Shown here one piece after another: positions 29,199-40,144 of a stretch of DNA of 64,000 nucleotides. Position numbers and translations under genes: made by a program. A model generated the notes under the pieces. The model was not told the origin of the DNA, did not search any database, and worked only from the letters and a program-made list of their open reading frames with translations. The stretch lies in the sequence record NC_025447.1. The stretch is one strand, 5' to 3'. Within the stretch, counting starts at the first letter, position 1. The number at the start of each line of letters is the position of its first letter.

Positions 29199-29226
29199 GG
29201 GACAACTTATAAAAATATGATATAAT
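29199..29226 (+). promoter_or_regulatory. phage early sigma70-like promoter
   Basis: GGGACA-N16-TATAAT with TGA. Confidence 0.65.
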
Positions 29227-29260
29227 AGTTAATGTACCAATATACATGGAGAGTATTAAA

Positions 29261-29506
29261 ATGGAACAAGAAAATAATCAAATTCAACTAACCCTTCTAG
29301 ACCTAATCAATGCTGCAAAAATCATGGAAGCTGCTGTTGCACGAAACACCTTTAAAGTTGAAGAACTTGTTGAGGTTGCTCCAGTTGTATCTAAATTTGT
29401 TTCTTTTGCAAATGTAGCTCTTGAAGATATTAAAGCACAAGAAGATGCAGCTAAAGAAGAAGCTGAATCACAAGATAGTGAAACTCAAGAAGATAAAGGA
29501 GAATAA
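29261..29506 (+). CDS. hypothetical acidic helical protein
   Basis: SD GGAG. Confidence 0.7.
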   Translation: MEQENNQIQLTLLDLINAAKIMEAAVARNTFKVEELVEVAPVVSKFVSFANVALEDIKAQEDAAKEEAESQDSETQEDKGE

Positions 29507-29508
29507 TT

Positions 29509-30165
29509 ATGGCAGCTATTCGTCATGTTGGTGTAATGCGTAATACAGGTTCTCGTGTTTTTGTTGTTTGGCGTTCACTACCAGATGATCCTGAACACTG
29601 CCTTATCGTTTATCGTGATTCACTACCAGAAGCATATGTTCACGCAGTAACTGATATTGTTATGGGTCATGGTCAATCTAATATTGATTTGTGGGAAGTA
29701 ATGCATAAAATTGGTTATCTCGATGGACGCAAAATGCTAGATGTTCTACACAACATGCAGCATCTACGTCGCGTTCGTACTTGTGACATTGATATGCACA
29801 CTGGTGGTAATAATAAAATTTCTCTTGATGTTCTAAACAAAGCATTAGATGAAAATCAAGCGAAAGTACAAGAAGATGGTAAAGTAAAAGACTTTAACCC
29901 ATTCAATCCACAAGAAGCGGACACTAAAGTAGAAGAAGCTACTATTGTAGAACAACTTCTCACTGATGCACAAAAATATGAAAAACTGGCTAAAGAACAT
30001 TATGAACGTGCATACAATTTAGAGCCAAGCTTGCGTCCGCAAACACAAGTTGTTGAACAACCGAAAGATAGTAAAACAATTTATCTAGAAATTCCAGAAG
30101 GTATTTCACAGACTAAAGCTATTGAGAAAGTAAAACAACTATTTGCAGAACGTAAAGCAAAATAA
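29509..30165 (+). CDS. hypothetical protein
   Basis: 218 aa, SD GGAG, codon usage of a highly expressed gene. Confidence 0.75.
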   Translation: MAAIRHVGVMRNTGSRVFVVWRSLPDDPEHCLIVYRDSLPEAYVHAVTDIVMGHGQSNIDLWEVMHKIGYLDGRKMLDVLHNMQHLRRVRTCDIDMHTGGNNKISLDVLNKALDENQAKVQEDGKVKDFNPFNPQEADTKVEEATIVEQLLTDAQKYEKLAKEHYERAYNLEPSLRPQTQVVEQPKDSKTIYLEIPEGISQTKAIEKVKQLFAERKAK

Positions 30166-30168
30166 AAT

Positions 30169-30762
30169 ATGAAAAAGAATGAATTAGATGAAGCAATTAA
30201 AGGTTTATCTAATGTATGTTTTAGTGGCGGGGCAGCAGGTGCTGACCGCCTTTTTTCTATCTATGCAAAAAATAATGGATTTGAAGTTATTAATTTTTCA
30301 TTCAAAGGTCATGAGCATAGTGTAGATGAAAGTACTATATTAGAAATACCATCCAATATTCTATCTGATATTTCTATATTAAATCAACTAAACATTGCAT
30401 GTTACTCGTTGCAGCGAAAAGTACCAAAACCTGGTTCTTATGTTTACAACTTACTTGCAAGGAATAGTTATCAGATACTTAATACAGAAAGAATATATTG
30501 TATTGCAAATATCACATCACCAACTAAGGTAAGTGGTGGTACTGCATGGGCAGTACAGATGTATATGGATTCAGTTGAAAATCCTGAAATTTATTGTTAT
30601 GATATGAATTCACGTTCAGTATTTTATTTCGATACAGTACTGAAAGAGTTCACACAAACATTCGTCGTTCCAGCACCACATGGTAACTGGACTGGTATTG
30701 GTTCACGCAATGCCACCGAAAAACATATGGAACATTTTATTACATTTTTCAAGGAAGAATAA
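30169..30762 (+). CDS. SLOG-superfamily (YspA/DprA-like) protein
   Basis: SGGAAGAD and SGGTAWAV motifs, W.GIGSR. Confidence 0.7.
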   Translation: MKKNELDEAIKGLSNVCFSGGAAGADRLFSIYAKNNGFEVINFSFKGHEHSVDESTILEIPSNILSDISILNQLNIACYSLQRKVPKPGSYVYNLLARNSYQILNTERIYCIANITSPTKVSGGTAWAVQMYMDSVENPEIYCYDMNSRSVFYFDTVLKEFTQTFVVPAPHGNWTGIGSRNATEKHMEHFITFFKEE

Positions 30763-31691
30763 TGAAACAACTACAAGAACTATATCAAAAAATTCTAGAT
30801 GAAGGCGTAGAAAGCGTTGACCGTACTGGTGTTGGAACAATCAAACTTATCGGTCAACAAATGCGTTTTGACCTTAAAGATGGTTTCCCAGCAGTGACGA
30901 CAAAACGTCTAGCTTGGAAAGCAATGACTTCAGAATTACTATGGTTTATTGAAGGTTCCCATGATGAGCGTCGCCTTTGTGAAATTTTGCATGGAACTCG
31001 TGATACAGAAAAGAAAACTATTTGGACAGATAATTACCTAAATCAAGGCGTTGCTCTTGGTTATACTGATGGTGAGTTAGGTCCAGTGTATGGTAAGCAA
31101 TGGCGTGAATGGGAAGATTATAAATTTAGTTCCAGTACTGAAGAAATTCAAGAATTAAAAGATAAAGGATACAAAGTTATCGATTATACTGGTTCACATG
31201 GTGTTGTTATGAAACGTACAACTGACCAATTACAAGAACTAATCAAAGGTATAAAGTCCGATCCATATGGCCGTCGCCACATTCTAAGTGCATGGAACGT
31301 TGGTGAGCTTGATGATATGACGTTACCACCTTGTCATAGCTTTGTGCAATTTTGTGTAGTGCAAGGAAAACTAAGCTGTATTCTGCATCAACGCTCCGCT
31401 GATCTATTTTTAGGAGTTCCATTTAATATCAGTAGTTACTCACTACTAACTCATATGATTGCACAAATTACTGGTTTAGATGTTGGTGAATTTATTTGGA
31501 ATGGTGGTGATTGTCACATTTATAAAAACCACGTTGAACAAGTAAAAGAACAACTACAGCGAAAACCTCGTGAATTACCTGAATTGTGGCTTGATCCTAC
31601 AATTACTAATATTGAAGATTTCACTATGGATTCTTTTAAATTAGTGAATTACAACCCAATGCCAACAATTAAAGCACCTATGGCTGTATAA
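30762..31691 (+). CDS. thyA: thymidylate synthase
   Basis: DRTGVGT, FPAVTTKR, ELLWF, GPVYGKQWR, LPPCH, QRSADLFLGVPFN, GDCHIYKNH. Confidence 0.97.
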   Translation: MKQLQELYQKILDEGVESVDRTGVGTIKLIGQQMRFDLKDGFPAVTTKRLAWKAMTSELLWFIEGSHDERRLCEILHGTRDTEKKTIWTDNYLNQGVALGYTDGELGPVYGKQWREWEDYKFSSSTEEIQELKDKGYKVIDYTGSHGVVMKRTTDQLQELIKGIKSDPYGRRHILSAWNVGELDDMTLPPCHSFVQFCVVQGKLSCILHQRSADLFLGVPFNISSYSLLTHMIAQITGLDVGEFIWNGGDCHIYKNHVEQVKEQLQRKPRELPELWLDPTITNIEDFTMDSFKLVNYNPMPTIKAPMAV

Positions 31692-31694
31692 ACG

Positions 31695-31724
31695 AAAAGG
31701 GAGAACATCAGTTCTCCCTTTTTT
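31695..31724. terminator. bidirectional terminator
   Basis: AAAAGGGAGAAC-atca-GTTCTCCCTTTTTT between convergent genes. Confidence 0.9.
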
Positions 31725-31725
31725 A

Positions 31726-33690
31726 TTATCTAATTGTTACCAATGTTCTTCCGTCGAAACGTACATCAGGAGTTGAAGGTATACTAAACACTACGTTAGT
31801 GCCGTTAAACGTAACGCTATCGACCTCAACACGAGTATAGACACCAGGACTAACCTGTTCCTGTATCTCTGCTGTGACGATGTTTGAGGCTGTTACAGTA
31901 AGGGTGTAGTAGTTACCACTTAATACCCAAGATGAAATTGTAAAAGCATCGGTTCTCACTGAACCTGAACCAATTGGAACCCATTGACCTTGAACTTTTT
32001 GCATTGAAGTACGCTCGGTATTGGAGTATGCAATCATACCATCAACGCCAACAGAGTTATCAATAGTAGCTAGTACTGGTAATTGGATACCATATCTATT
32101 AAAACGTGTTCTTATAGTTCCATTATCATAGATACTTACATCAGCATAATTACCCATTGATAGTTTTAAATCAGAACTAACTAATTGGATTGTACTTTGA
32201 TTAGTAGTACTTTCTAATGTAATTATACCATTAGCTAATAGATTTATATTTTTAAATTTATTAGTTGTTCCATTGAAATTAGTGTTTGCTGTAAACGTAC
32301 TAACTCCATTAACTGTAATTGTATCAGATGCAGCATCGCCTAATGTAGTATTACCTTGAATGTTCAAATTACCACTAGCAGTGATATTACTAGCTGATGT
32401 ATCACCAGTCAATGTACTTGTACCATCAACCACAATATTACCATGAAACGCACTTTCACCATTTTTAAATTCAACTTGTACTTTATTCATTGAACTAAAT
32501 GAAATAATATTACTACTAGCACTTAGTCCAACATTAGTATTGGTTGCATTATCAAATCTTAGTACTGGGGTTGATGCTGGGGTTGAAGTTGTTTGGTATA
32601 ATGTTAATGTTGAATTATTAATTCTAATACGTTCAGTTCCAGCAGTACTGAAACCAATTGCATCATCTGCTGGATGAAACATACCAGTATTAGCGTCTGA
32701 CCATTTTGCAGGATCATTACCTGGGTTATTGGTTGGATCAAATGGATTGTTATTAAATGTCAATGCTGGTGCTGCTGCACTACCATAGACCACACCAAAA
32801 CGCCCTGAGCCGCTTGTTCCATCATTATACATGGAATCACCAGTTCTACGTAAACACTCAATCACAACGTTATCTATGGATGTTTGAACGGTCCCTGCGT
32901 TTGTCCTAAATTGACGATGATTTGCAATCATTACAGTATTGTCATATAATACTGAAGCAGCGGAAATGCTTGTTCTTGACTGGCGTAGACGTATGTTTTT
33001 ATCTTCAGTTATAATAATCCAATCACCATCTGATAGTGCGGTTTGGTTCATTGGAACACCTGAAGCAAATGGTTTGGTTAAGTCAGCATCTGTTGCTAAA
33101 TTTTTAAGACCATCATGACCAGTACTAGGAATAGATGCAGGAATAATTCTAGCGAAAGCGTATGTTACTAGTTTAGCACCAGATATATTTGGATTAGAGT
33201 CAACATAATATAAAATTTCAATCCAATTACCTTGTCCAGTTGGATTTGTAGGTGTAAATGTAACAGGACTTGTTTGTGGATTATTTGCTTCATAATGGGC
33301 TTGTGCGGCATCCATAATACCACGAACAACATAATAATCACCATTTAGTGATGCTGCTGGTGCTGGTAGTGGTGTTTGTGCTAAAGGTGGATCAATATCA
33401 TCTGGGATAGGATTGTATGTACCAACAAACTGTAAACCACTAGTTACTGAATCTGGTAATTGGGAAGTAAGAAGTTTACCATTTGCATCTAAGTTTGCAA
33501 AGCGGCGATATGCCATAGTACCATCTTCAAAATCCAGAACACCTTCAAATGATTTCCATTCCTTATTGTATCTAATCATCCCTGATCTTATTACATCAGC
33601 GGTTTCTTTTGATGGTGCTTTCGGTAACTCTAAAAAAGATTTACTATCAATAATTACACCACCATCACCTCTAATTCGATTTATACTCAT
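31726..33690 (-). CDS. virion structural / tail fibre-associated protein
   Basis: G/T/N-rich beta repeats, IGFSTAGTERIRI fibre-type motif, late promoter. Confidence 0.7.
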   Translation of the reverse strand: MSINRIRGDGGVIIDSKSFLELPKAPSKETADVIRSGMIRYNKEWKSFEGVLDFEDGTMAYRRFANLDANGKLLTSQLPDSVTSGLQFVGTYNPIPDDIDPPLAQTPLPAPAASLNGDYYVVRGIMDAAQAHYEANNPQTSPVTFTPTNPTGQGNWIEILYYVDSNPNISGAKLVTYAFARIIPASIPSTGHDGLKNLATDADLTKPFASGVPMNQTALSDGDWIIITEDKNIRLRQSRTSISAASVLYDNTVMIANHRQFRTNAGTVQTSIDNVVIECLRRTGDSMYNDGTSGSGRFGVVYGSAAAPALTFNNNPFDPTNNPGNDPAKWSDANTGMFHPADDAIGFSTAGTERIRINNSTLTLYQTTSTPASTPVLRFDNATNTNVGLSASSNIISFSSMNKVQVEFKNGESAFHGNIVVDGTSTLTGDTSASNITASGNLNIQGNTTLGDAASDTITVNGVSTFTANTNFNGTTNKFKNINLLANGIITLESTTNQSTIQLVSSDLKLSMGNYADVSIYDNGTIRTRFNRYGIQLPVLATIDNSVGVDGMIAYSNTERTSMQKVQGQWVPIGSGSVRTDAFTISSWVLSGNYYTLTVTASNIVTAEIQEQVSPGVYTRVEVDSVTFNGTNVVFSIPSTPDVRFDGRTLVTIR

Positions 33691-33743
33691 TTAAATATTT
33701 CCTCAGAATAGATTTATATGATGTATTTATTTTAGTTAAAAGA

Positions 33744-33768
33744 AAAGGCCAAGCATAGGCTTGACCTT
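33744..33768 (-). terminator. terminator hairpin
   Basis: AAGGCCAAGC...GCTTGACCTT flanked by A tracts. Confidence 0.6.
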
Positions 33769-33774
33769 AAAAAA

Positions 33775-34554
33775 TTAACGTATACGTTCAGGAATATCAA
33801 CACCTTCATATACCCAAGTTGCAGCTTGTTGTGCCTTATAAATTGCATCAGGATCTAAATCATCAACTGCATCAATTGCTGCACACTGATTGTCACATTC
33901 TGTAAACAATTGCTCAATCATAGCAAAGGCTCCAGTGTATAGTTGTGTCATTTCAGTAGCAGATAATTTTACAATTGCGTCATCAAGAAAAATAGAAACA
34001 CTTTCAGAACCTGAAGTGACTTGTGTATAGTAATTAAGAAGCATTTGACGACCAGACATATCAGTACTGTAACGATGACCATTGAACATATAACCAGAAT
34101 TCATACGATTTGTACGTTCTGATATAGTTCTTGCTTTTAAATCAACTTTAACATCTGCTATTGGCATATCAATATAATGATATGTTTTAAGAACAGTTAG
34201 TGCTTTATATTCTTCGGTAGCGTCTTCTAAAAATTCAACAATAGGTTGATTTTCATCTTTTAATTTAATAAACTCCAACGGTTGTTCAATAGCATTAACA
34301 TTTCCAACATTTTTATACACTAACCACCAAAAACCTTCTTCTTTTCTAACAGCATCATTAGGTTCTACTGGGGAACCATCTTTACTTGAAATACCATAAA
34401 GAGTTCTAATATCACTATAAAGATAACGATAGGTTTGTGGATCTTCTGGTGTTGCACCAGGACGTTCTTTAAGTCCTTTTACACCAATTGGATTGGAAAT
34501 AATGTTTCCCAATTCATAATTTTCTTTTGAATTTCCTTTCACATATGTGAACAT
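33775..34554 (-). CDS. tail fibre assembly-type protein (DUF4376-like C-terminus)
   Basis: ERTNRMNSGYMFNGHRYSTD pattern; downstream of the long fibre. Confidence 0.55.
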   Translation of the reverse strand: MFTYVKGNSKENYELGNIISNPIGVKGLKERPGATPEDPQTYRYLYSDIRTLYGISSKDGSPVEPNDAVRKEEGFWWLVYKNVGNVNAIEQPLEFIKLKDENQPIVEFLEDATEEYKALTVLKTYHYIDMPIADVKVDLKARTISERTNRMNSGYMFNGHRYSTDMSGRQMLLNYYTQVTSGSESVSIFLDDAIVKLSATEMTQLYTGAFAMIEQLFTECDNQCAAIDAVDDLDPDAIYKAQQAATWVYEGVDIPERIR

Positions 34555-34618
34555 ATAACTACCTCACTTGTTATGATGGTGTCACCCAAAATGAGTGACA
34601 CCTTTATTATTATAATTA

Positions 34619-37600
34619 TTAAGCAGTACGTTGTGCAATAAACATATCTGTTACTGGACTCACACCGTCATAAATGACTTGGTAGATAGTTACAGAGTTT
34701 GCAGTTTTGTTCAGTGTGCCATCAACAACCGCATAAGTACCATCAGTAGTAAAGTTTCTATTACCTGTTGCATCTTGTTTCACATAAATGTATACTGAAG
34801 ATGCTTTACCACCACCGATTAGACCAGTGATTGGTGCTAGAGTGGTATCTTGATCTAGAGTGATAAAGTATACGTTGCTAGTACCGTCTGGGGTCCAAGT
34901 ACCAGTTGGTGCGATAACAGAAGAAGTTACTTGATTAGGAATAACATCATATTTTTTAGTAGTTACTGTTGTAGTAGTTAGGTCAGCATTAGTAGTTGTT
35001 AATTGACCAGTTACAGTTACATCTTTATCAAATACTGCATTTTCTTTGAAAGAAGATGTTGCATTGACAGTTAATGTATCAGCAGCAGCGTCACCTAAAA
35101 CAACACTACCATTTGCAGTCATTAAACCAGTAACAGTTAAAGTACCACCGATTGTTGCTGCTCCAGTAACAGATGCACTAGCAAGTGTTGCTGCACCAGA
35201 AGTAGTAATGGTAGTTACTGAAGTTGCTGCTAGGGTTGCAGTACCTGTTGCAGAAATATCACCACCAACAGTTAGGTTACCAGAAGTAATTCCAACGGTT
35301 CCAGTAATGTTAGCACCACTTGACATTGTTACTGCACCACCAAATGAACCAGTAGTAGTTACTTCAAGGGTGTTCCCTTTTAGTAGACCAGTTGCAGTAA
35401 TACTTGTACCTGCGGTAATACTAGTACCAGCAGCAACACTGTTGGTTGCAGTTAATGATTTAACAGCCACGTCAGAGTTTGCTTGGTTTAGTGTTGCGTT
35501 AAGTAGACCAGTTACTGTAAAGTTACCGTTGTTAACTACGTTACCATTGATTGTTAAGTTGTTGTTTTGTGAACCAACATCACCAATAGTTGCTGATTTG
35601 GAAATCAACTCTGCACCAGAAGTAATATTACCCGCTGCACTAATAGTGTCCGCCGCAACAACTGCATAAGGTTCAATTGTTTGACCACTAACGTCAATAT
35701 CAGCGTTGATACCACCATCTACACGCAAGGAGCCAGCAATGTAAGTATTAGGGAAAATCTGAACTGTCTCTGGTTGATCGCCAATTTTAGTACCGATAAT
35801 AACATCAGCACCAGTTTTAACTGCACCAGAGGTTGTTAGAGAACCTAAAGTTGTAGCACCAGTTACACCTAATGTACCACCAATTGTTGCGTTATTAGTA
35901 ACTGCTAACGCAGCACCTTCACCATTAAGAGCGATTGATGGAGCAGATACTGCACCAGTTACGCCTAATGTGCCACCAATTGTTGCGTTGCCATCTGAAT
36001 GTAGAGTTGTAGCTACAGAAAGACTGTTAGCAACTACATCAGTACTAGCTAAATCCAATGCACCTGGGGTTAATGTACCAGTAATGTTAACATTATTACC
36101 AAAGGTCGCTGCACCAGTCACATCTAGTGTAGTACTAAATGTACCAGATGTTGCAGAGATTGCACCTGAATCTAGTGATCCAACAGTTGCTTTACCAGTT
36201 ACACCTAAAGTTCCACCAACAGTTCCATTTGTGGTTACATCCAATGTACCAGTACTTAGTTCTTGTGCGGTTACCTTACCGGATGCAGTAACAGTTGAAG
36301 TGGAAACACCACCAGTTAGAGTACTAGCACCAGTAACACTTAATGTGGTTGCCGCAGTTACGCTATTCACACTAAGATCAGCACCGGATAAGTCCAAACC
36401 ACCTTCAGGAACAAATACACCCTTAACAGTTAGTTTTTGTACTGTACTATCACCTGTTACATCCAATGTAGAAGCAGTTAAACCACCATTCATACTTGCT
36501 GCACCAGTAACACCTAGTGTAGTGGTTACAGTAGCACTATTAAGTGTTGAGCTACCAGAAATATTAGCACTAGAAGCAGTAATAGTTCCAGAATCAACTT
36601 GTATACCACCAGCAACAACCTGAATTCCACCAGCATTAACTGTTAGTTTACCAGCAGTATTCAATGTATTTGAAACTGTTGTTGCACCAGTTAAAGTTGT
36701 AGTGCCAGTTACACCTAAGTTACCAGAAATAGATGGACTACCTGTAATGTTACCAGTAGTTAGTATCAAATCAGTACCTACGGTAGTGGAGCCAGTACTT
36801 TCTAGTGTTACACCGACGATGTTTGCAGAACTTAGGTTAATAGTACCATCAACAGTTAAGTTACCTTGAACGGTTGCATCACCTAGAGAAGTTAATGTCT
36901 TCACAGACACATCAGTTGTGCTAAGATCAATAACACCCGCAGTTAGTGTTCCAGATACTGCTAAATTACCAGTAATCGCGGTATTTTTAGTAATGGATAC
37001 ATTTTCTGCCGCTGAAGTAATAGAACCAACAGTAAGTACACCACCAACAGTTGCGTTATTAGTTACATTTAGAGCAGTTCCAACACCAGATAGTGTTGCT
37101 GACCCACCAGTAATTGCACCTGAGATTGAAGCTGTTGCTGCTGAAACATCACCAGAAACTACTGCATTTGTTGCATTTAGAGCAGACACTGTAACTTCAG
37201 TACTTTGAACTTTAGGTAGAACGTTGATACCTTCTGCACTACTAACTGTAATAATACCAGTACTTGTTAGAGATTTAACAGATACATCAGCACCACTTAA
37301 ATCAACTGTACCAGAAACAACAAGATCTCCACCAATATTTGCTCCAGCGGTAGTAGTAATGGATTTTGCACTTACATCAGTTGTGCTCAAATCAATTGCA
37401 CCTGGTGTTACTGTACCAGAAACTGTTAGGTCACCAGTAATAGATGTATTATTGGAAATAGATACACCATCAACGTTACTAATTGTTGGGGTTTCTACAG
37501 AAACTGCTTTAACTTTACCTGAAGAAGTTACGTCAGCTACGGTAGATGCACCAGTAACATTCAAATTAGTAATATTTGCAGTTGTTGAACCAAGGGTTGC

Positions 37601-40144
37601 AATAGTTGCATCAGTACTTTGAAGTTTAGGTAGAACACTACTAATTGTGGATTCATTACTAACAATTGCACCAGTACTAGTTAAAGATTTGACAGTAACA
37701 TCAGCCGTAGTAAGATCTACTGTACCATTAACAGTTAGGTTACCACCAATAGTTGCACCAGCAGTAGTAGTAATGGATTTAGCATTAACATCAGTTGTTG
37801 CTAGATCGATAGAGCCTGGAATAACTGCACCAGTAACAGTTAGGTCACCAGTTACATTTGTATTATTGGAAATAGTGACACCACTTGCATTTGAAATGGT
37901 TGGGGTAACCAACGATGCAGTTGTAGTTTCACCAGTTACAGTTAAAGTTGACCCAACTAGAACAGATGAGCTTGAGTAAATTGTACCCAAATTAGCAGAT
38001 CCGGTAACAGTTATATCATCAGCATTAACAGTAGTTGCCGTTATGGTAGTACTATTAAGTACTGGAAGTACGTTAGCATTAACAAGATCATTACTTTTAA
38101 CAATACCAGAAGTAGTTAATGATTTAACATTAAGGTCGGCTGCTGATAAATCAAAAGAGCCTTGAACTACTAAATCACCACCAATAGTTGCACCAGCAGT
38201 AGTAGTGATTGATTTAGCATTAATATCGGTAGTGCTCAAGTCTAGAGAACCAACAGTTAAGCTACCAGTAATATCAACATTTTCTGTAAAGTTAGTATTA
38301 CCACTAATAGTTGGTGCAGTCAGAGTTGTTGCACTAATATTAGTACCGTTAATTGTTTGCCCACTTACAGTTCCACTCGCAGTGATAGTAGGGGCCGTTA
38401 CTTCAGTAGATGCACTAATTGTTGGTGCAGATACAGAAGTTGTACCAGTAATAGAACCAGAACTTACTGAACCAGCGGATAATGCACCAGAAAGAGTTGC
38501 AGTTGTACCAGCAATATCACCAGTAACAGTTAGTTTAGCACCCACGGTAGTGTTACCAGTACTTTCAAGTGTTGCACCTTTAATATTTGCTGCCGCGACA
38601 ACAGAATTAGGTGTTAGATCCTGCCCACTAACATCAACAGTTAGTCCAGTTACTGTTCCAGTAAATTCAACATCATTAAGAATTGCTTTACCACCAACTT
38701 GTAGGAATGGTGTACCTGGAGCTTGTGTTTCGTTACCAGTAATAGTTAGGTAATCTAGTTTGTTTAGACCGTTACCAGTAATACCATAAGTGGAAAGAGA
38801 AGCGTTACCGAAAGTTGCTGTTTTAAGAACGTTCAATGTAGAAGGAGAAACGACTTCTGATTGAACTTCGTTAGGTAGAATAACTGTTGGGCGTTGACCT
38901 GGTGCAGTATATCCAAAACCTAGTTTCACTGCCGCATCTTGACTATTTTGACCTAAGCTGATAGCTTTAAAGGATGCAGTACTGTTATAACCAGTAATAT
39001 TAGAACCAAGAGTAACACCACCAACTAATGAAGTTACACCAGTAACGTTCAAAGATACTGCATTAATATCGTCTAGTTGGAACGTTCCACCAAGAAGACC
39101 AGAAACATTAATGTTATTAAAATTAGCAGTACCAGTACTTTCGATATTTGGAATAGTTGCAGTTCCGGTTACTTCAAAGTCAGCAACTTTAGTTTTTCCT
39201 TTTTGAACTTCTAATAGTGGTGTGTCTGGTGATTGTGTATTGTTACCAGAAACTGTTAGATAATCTAATTTGTTTAGACCATTACCAGTAATACCATAAG
39301 AAGATAATGACGCATTACCAAAAGAAGCAGAGGTCAATACTGTCAAGTTTGCAGGTGACATTAGCTCGGACTGAATTTCGTTTTGTAGAATAACAGTTGG
39401 GCGTTTACCAGGAGCAGTGTAAGGGAAGCTTAATCTGAAGGTTTGTGATTCAGAGTTAGAACCAATACGAATGTCTTTAAAAGTAGCAGTACTGTTAATA
39501 CCAGTTACGTTAGCACCGAAAGTTACTGCACCTTGTTGGTTAGATGCACCAGTAACGTTCAATGTTACTGCATTTAAGTCAGATAGATTAAACTCACCAC
39601 CAAGTGTACCACTAATTGTCACATCGTTAAATGTAGCAGTACCAGTACTACTAATATCTGTTGTACTTACATTAGTAATTTCTGCGGTATTAGCAGTAAT
39701 TTTATCAAATGCAGCAGTAGTCCCAACATCAGCAGTAATATTACCTTTAAATGCTGTTGTTTCAGCAACTTCTAAGTTTTTAACTTTAGTTGCTTGTAGA
39801 GTGGTTGTACCAGCAGTTTGTGTAAAATCAGAACCAACTGATACAGTACCGTTAAAGGTAGCGTTTGAATTAATTGTTGCTGTATCAGACCCGACAACTG
39901 CACTACCGATTGTAGTATTACCCTCAACACCAAGACCACCAGAAAGTGTTGCTTTGCCACCTACATCTAAAGTAGATGTAATGTTGGCAGTTGATGATTC
40001 AATGGCAGTAAAAGTTGCATTTGCAAAAGTTACAGTACCATTTACAGTTAGGTTATTGTTGAAAACAGCATTTCCTTTGACTAAAAGATCCTTACCAACC
40101 GTACCAGCACCAGTAATATCTAAGTCAGTTTTTATTGAGTACAT
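34619..40144 (-). CDS. long tail fibre / beta-solenoid protein, 1841 aa
   Basis: T/V/G/S-rich repeats (LTVTG, ATIGGTLGVTG); C-terminal fibre-tip-like YVKQDATGNR. Confidence 0.8.
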   Translation of the reverse strand: MYSIKTDLDITGAGTVGKDLLVKGNAVFNNNLTVNGTVTFANATFTAIESSTANITSTLDVGGKATLSGGLGVEGNTTIGSAVVGSDTATINSNATFNGTVSVGSDFTQTAGTTTLQATKVKNLEVAETTAFKGNITADVGTTAAFDKITANTAEITNVSTTDISSTGTATFNDVTISGTLGGEFNLSDLNAVTLNVTGASNQQGAVTFGANVTGINSTATFKDIRIGSNSESQTFRLSFPYTAPGKRPTVILQNEIQSELMSPANLTVLTSASFGNASLSSYGITGNGLNKLDYLTVSGNNTQSPDTPLLEVQKGKTKVADFEVTGTATIPNIESTGTANFNNINVSGLLGGTFQLDDINAVSLNVTGVTSLVGGVTLGSNITGYNSTASFKAISLGQNSQDAAVKLGFGYTAPGQRPTVILPNEVQSEVVSPSTLNVLKTATFGNASLSTYGITGNGLNKLDYLTITGNETQAPGTPFLQVGGKAILNDVEFTGTVTGLTVDVSGQDLTPNSVVAAANIKGATLESTGNTTVGAKLTVTGDIAGTTATLSGALSAGSVSSGSITGTTSVSAPTISASTEVTAPTITASGTVSGQTINGTNISATTLTAPTISGNTNFTENVDITGSLTVGSLDLSTTDINAKSITTTAGATIGGDLVVQGSFDLSAADLNVKSLTTSGIVKSNDLVNANVLPVLNSTTITATTVNADDITVTGSANLGTIYSSSSVLVGSTLTVTGETTTASLVTPTISNASGVTISNNTNVTGDLTVTGAVIPGSIDLATTDVNAKSITTTAGATIGGNLTVNGTVDLTTADVTVKSLTSTGAIVSNESTISSVLPKLQSTDATIATLGSTTANITNLNVTGASTVADVTSSGKVKAVSVETPTISNVDGVSISNNTSITGDLTVSGTVTPGAIDLSTTDVSAKSITTTAGANIGGDLVVSGTVDLSGADVSVKSLTSTGIITVSSAEGINVLPKVQSTEVTVSALNATNAVVSGDVSAATASISGAITGGSATLSGVGTALNVTNNATVGGVLTVGSITSAAENVSITKNTAITGNLAVSGTLTAGVIDLSTTDVSVKTLTSLGDATVQGNLTVDGTINLSSANIVGVTLESTGSTTVGTDLILTTGNITGSPSISGNLGVTGTTTLTGATTVSNTLNTAGKLTVNAGGIQVVAGGIQVDSGTITASSANISGSSTLNSATVTTTLGVTGAASMNGGLTASTLDVTGDSTVQKLTVKGVFVPEGGLDLSGADLSVNSVTAATTLSVTGASTLTGGVSTSTVTASGKVTAQELSTGTLDVTTNGTVGGTLGVTGKATVGSLDSGAISATSGTFSTTLDVTGAATFGNNVNITGTLTPGALDLASTDVVANSLSVATTLHSDGNATIGGTLGVTGAVSAPSIALNGEGAALAVTNNATIGGTLGVTGATTLGSLTTSGAVKTGADVIIGTKIGDQPETVQIFPNTYIAGSLRVDGGINADIDVSGQTIEPYAVVAADTISAAGNITSGAELISKSATIGDVGSQNNNLTINGNVVNNGNFTVTGLLNATLNQANSDVAVKSLTATNSVAAGTSITAGTSITATGLLKGNTLEVTTTGSFGGAVTMSSGANITGTVGITSGNLTVGGDISATGTATLAATSVTTITTSGAATLASASVTGAATIGGTLTVTGLMTANGSVVLGDAAADTLTVNATSSFKENAVFDKDVTVTGQLTTTNADLTTTTVTTKKYDVIPNQVTSSVIAPTGTWTPDGTSNVYFITLDQDTTLAPITGLIGGGKASSVYIYVKQDATGNRNFTTDGTYAVVDGTLNKTANSVTIYQVIYDGVSPVTDMFIAQRTA

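Noticed and set aside
30762-31691. td-type group I intron or base-modifying TS paralog
   Set aside because: ORF is continuous and keeps dUMP-specific residues
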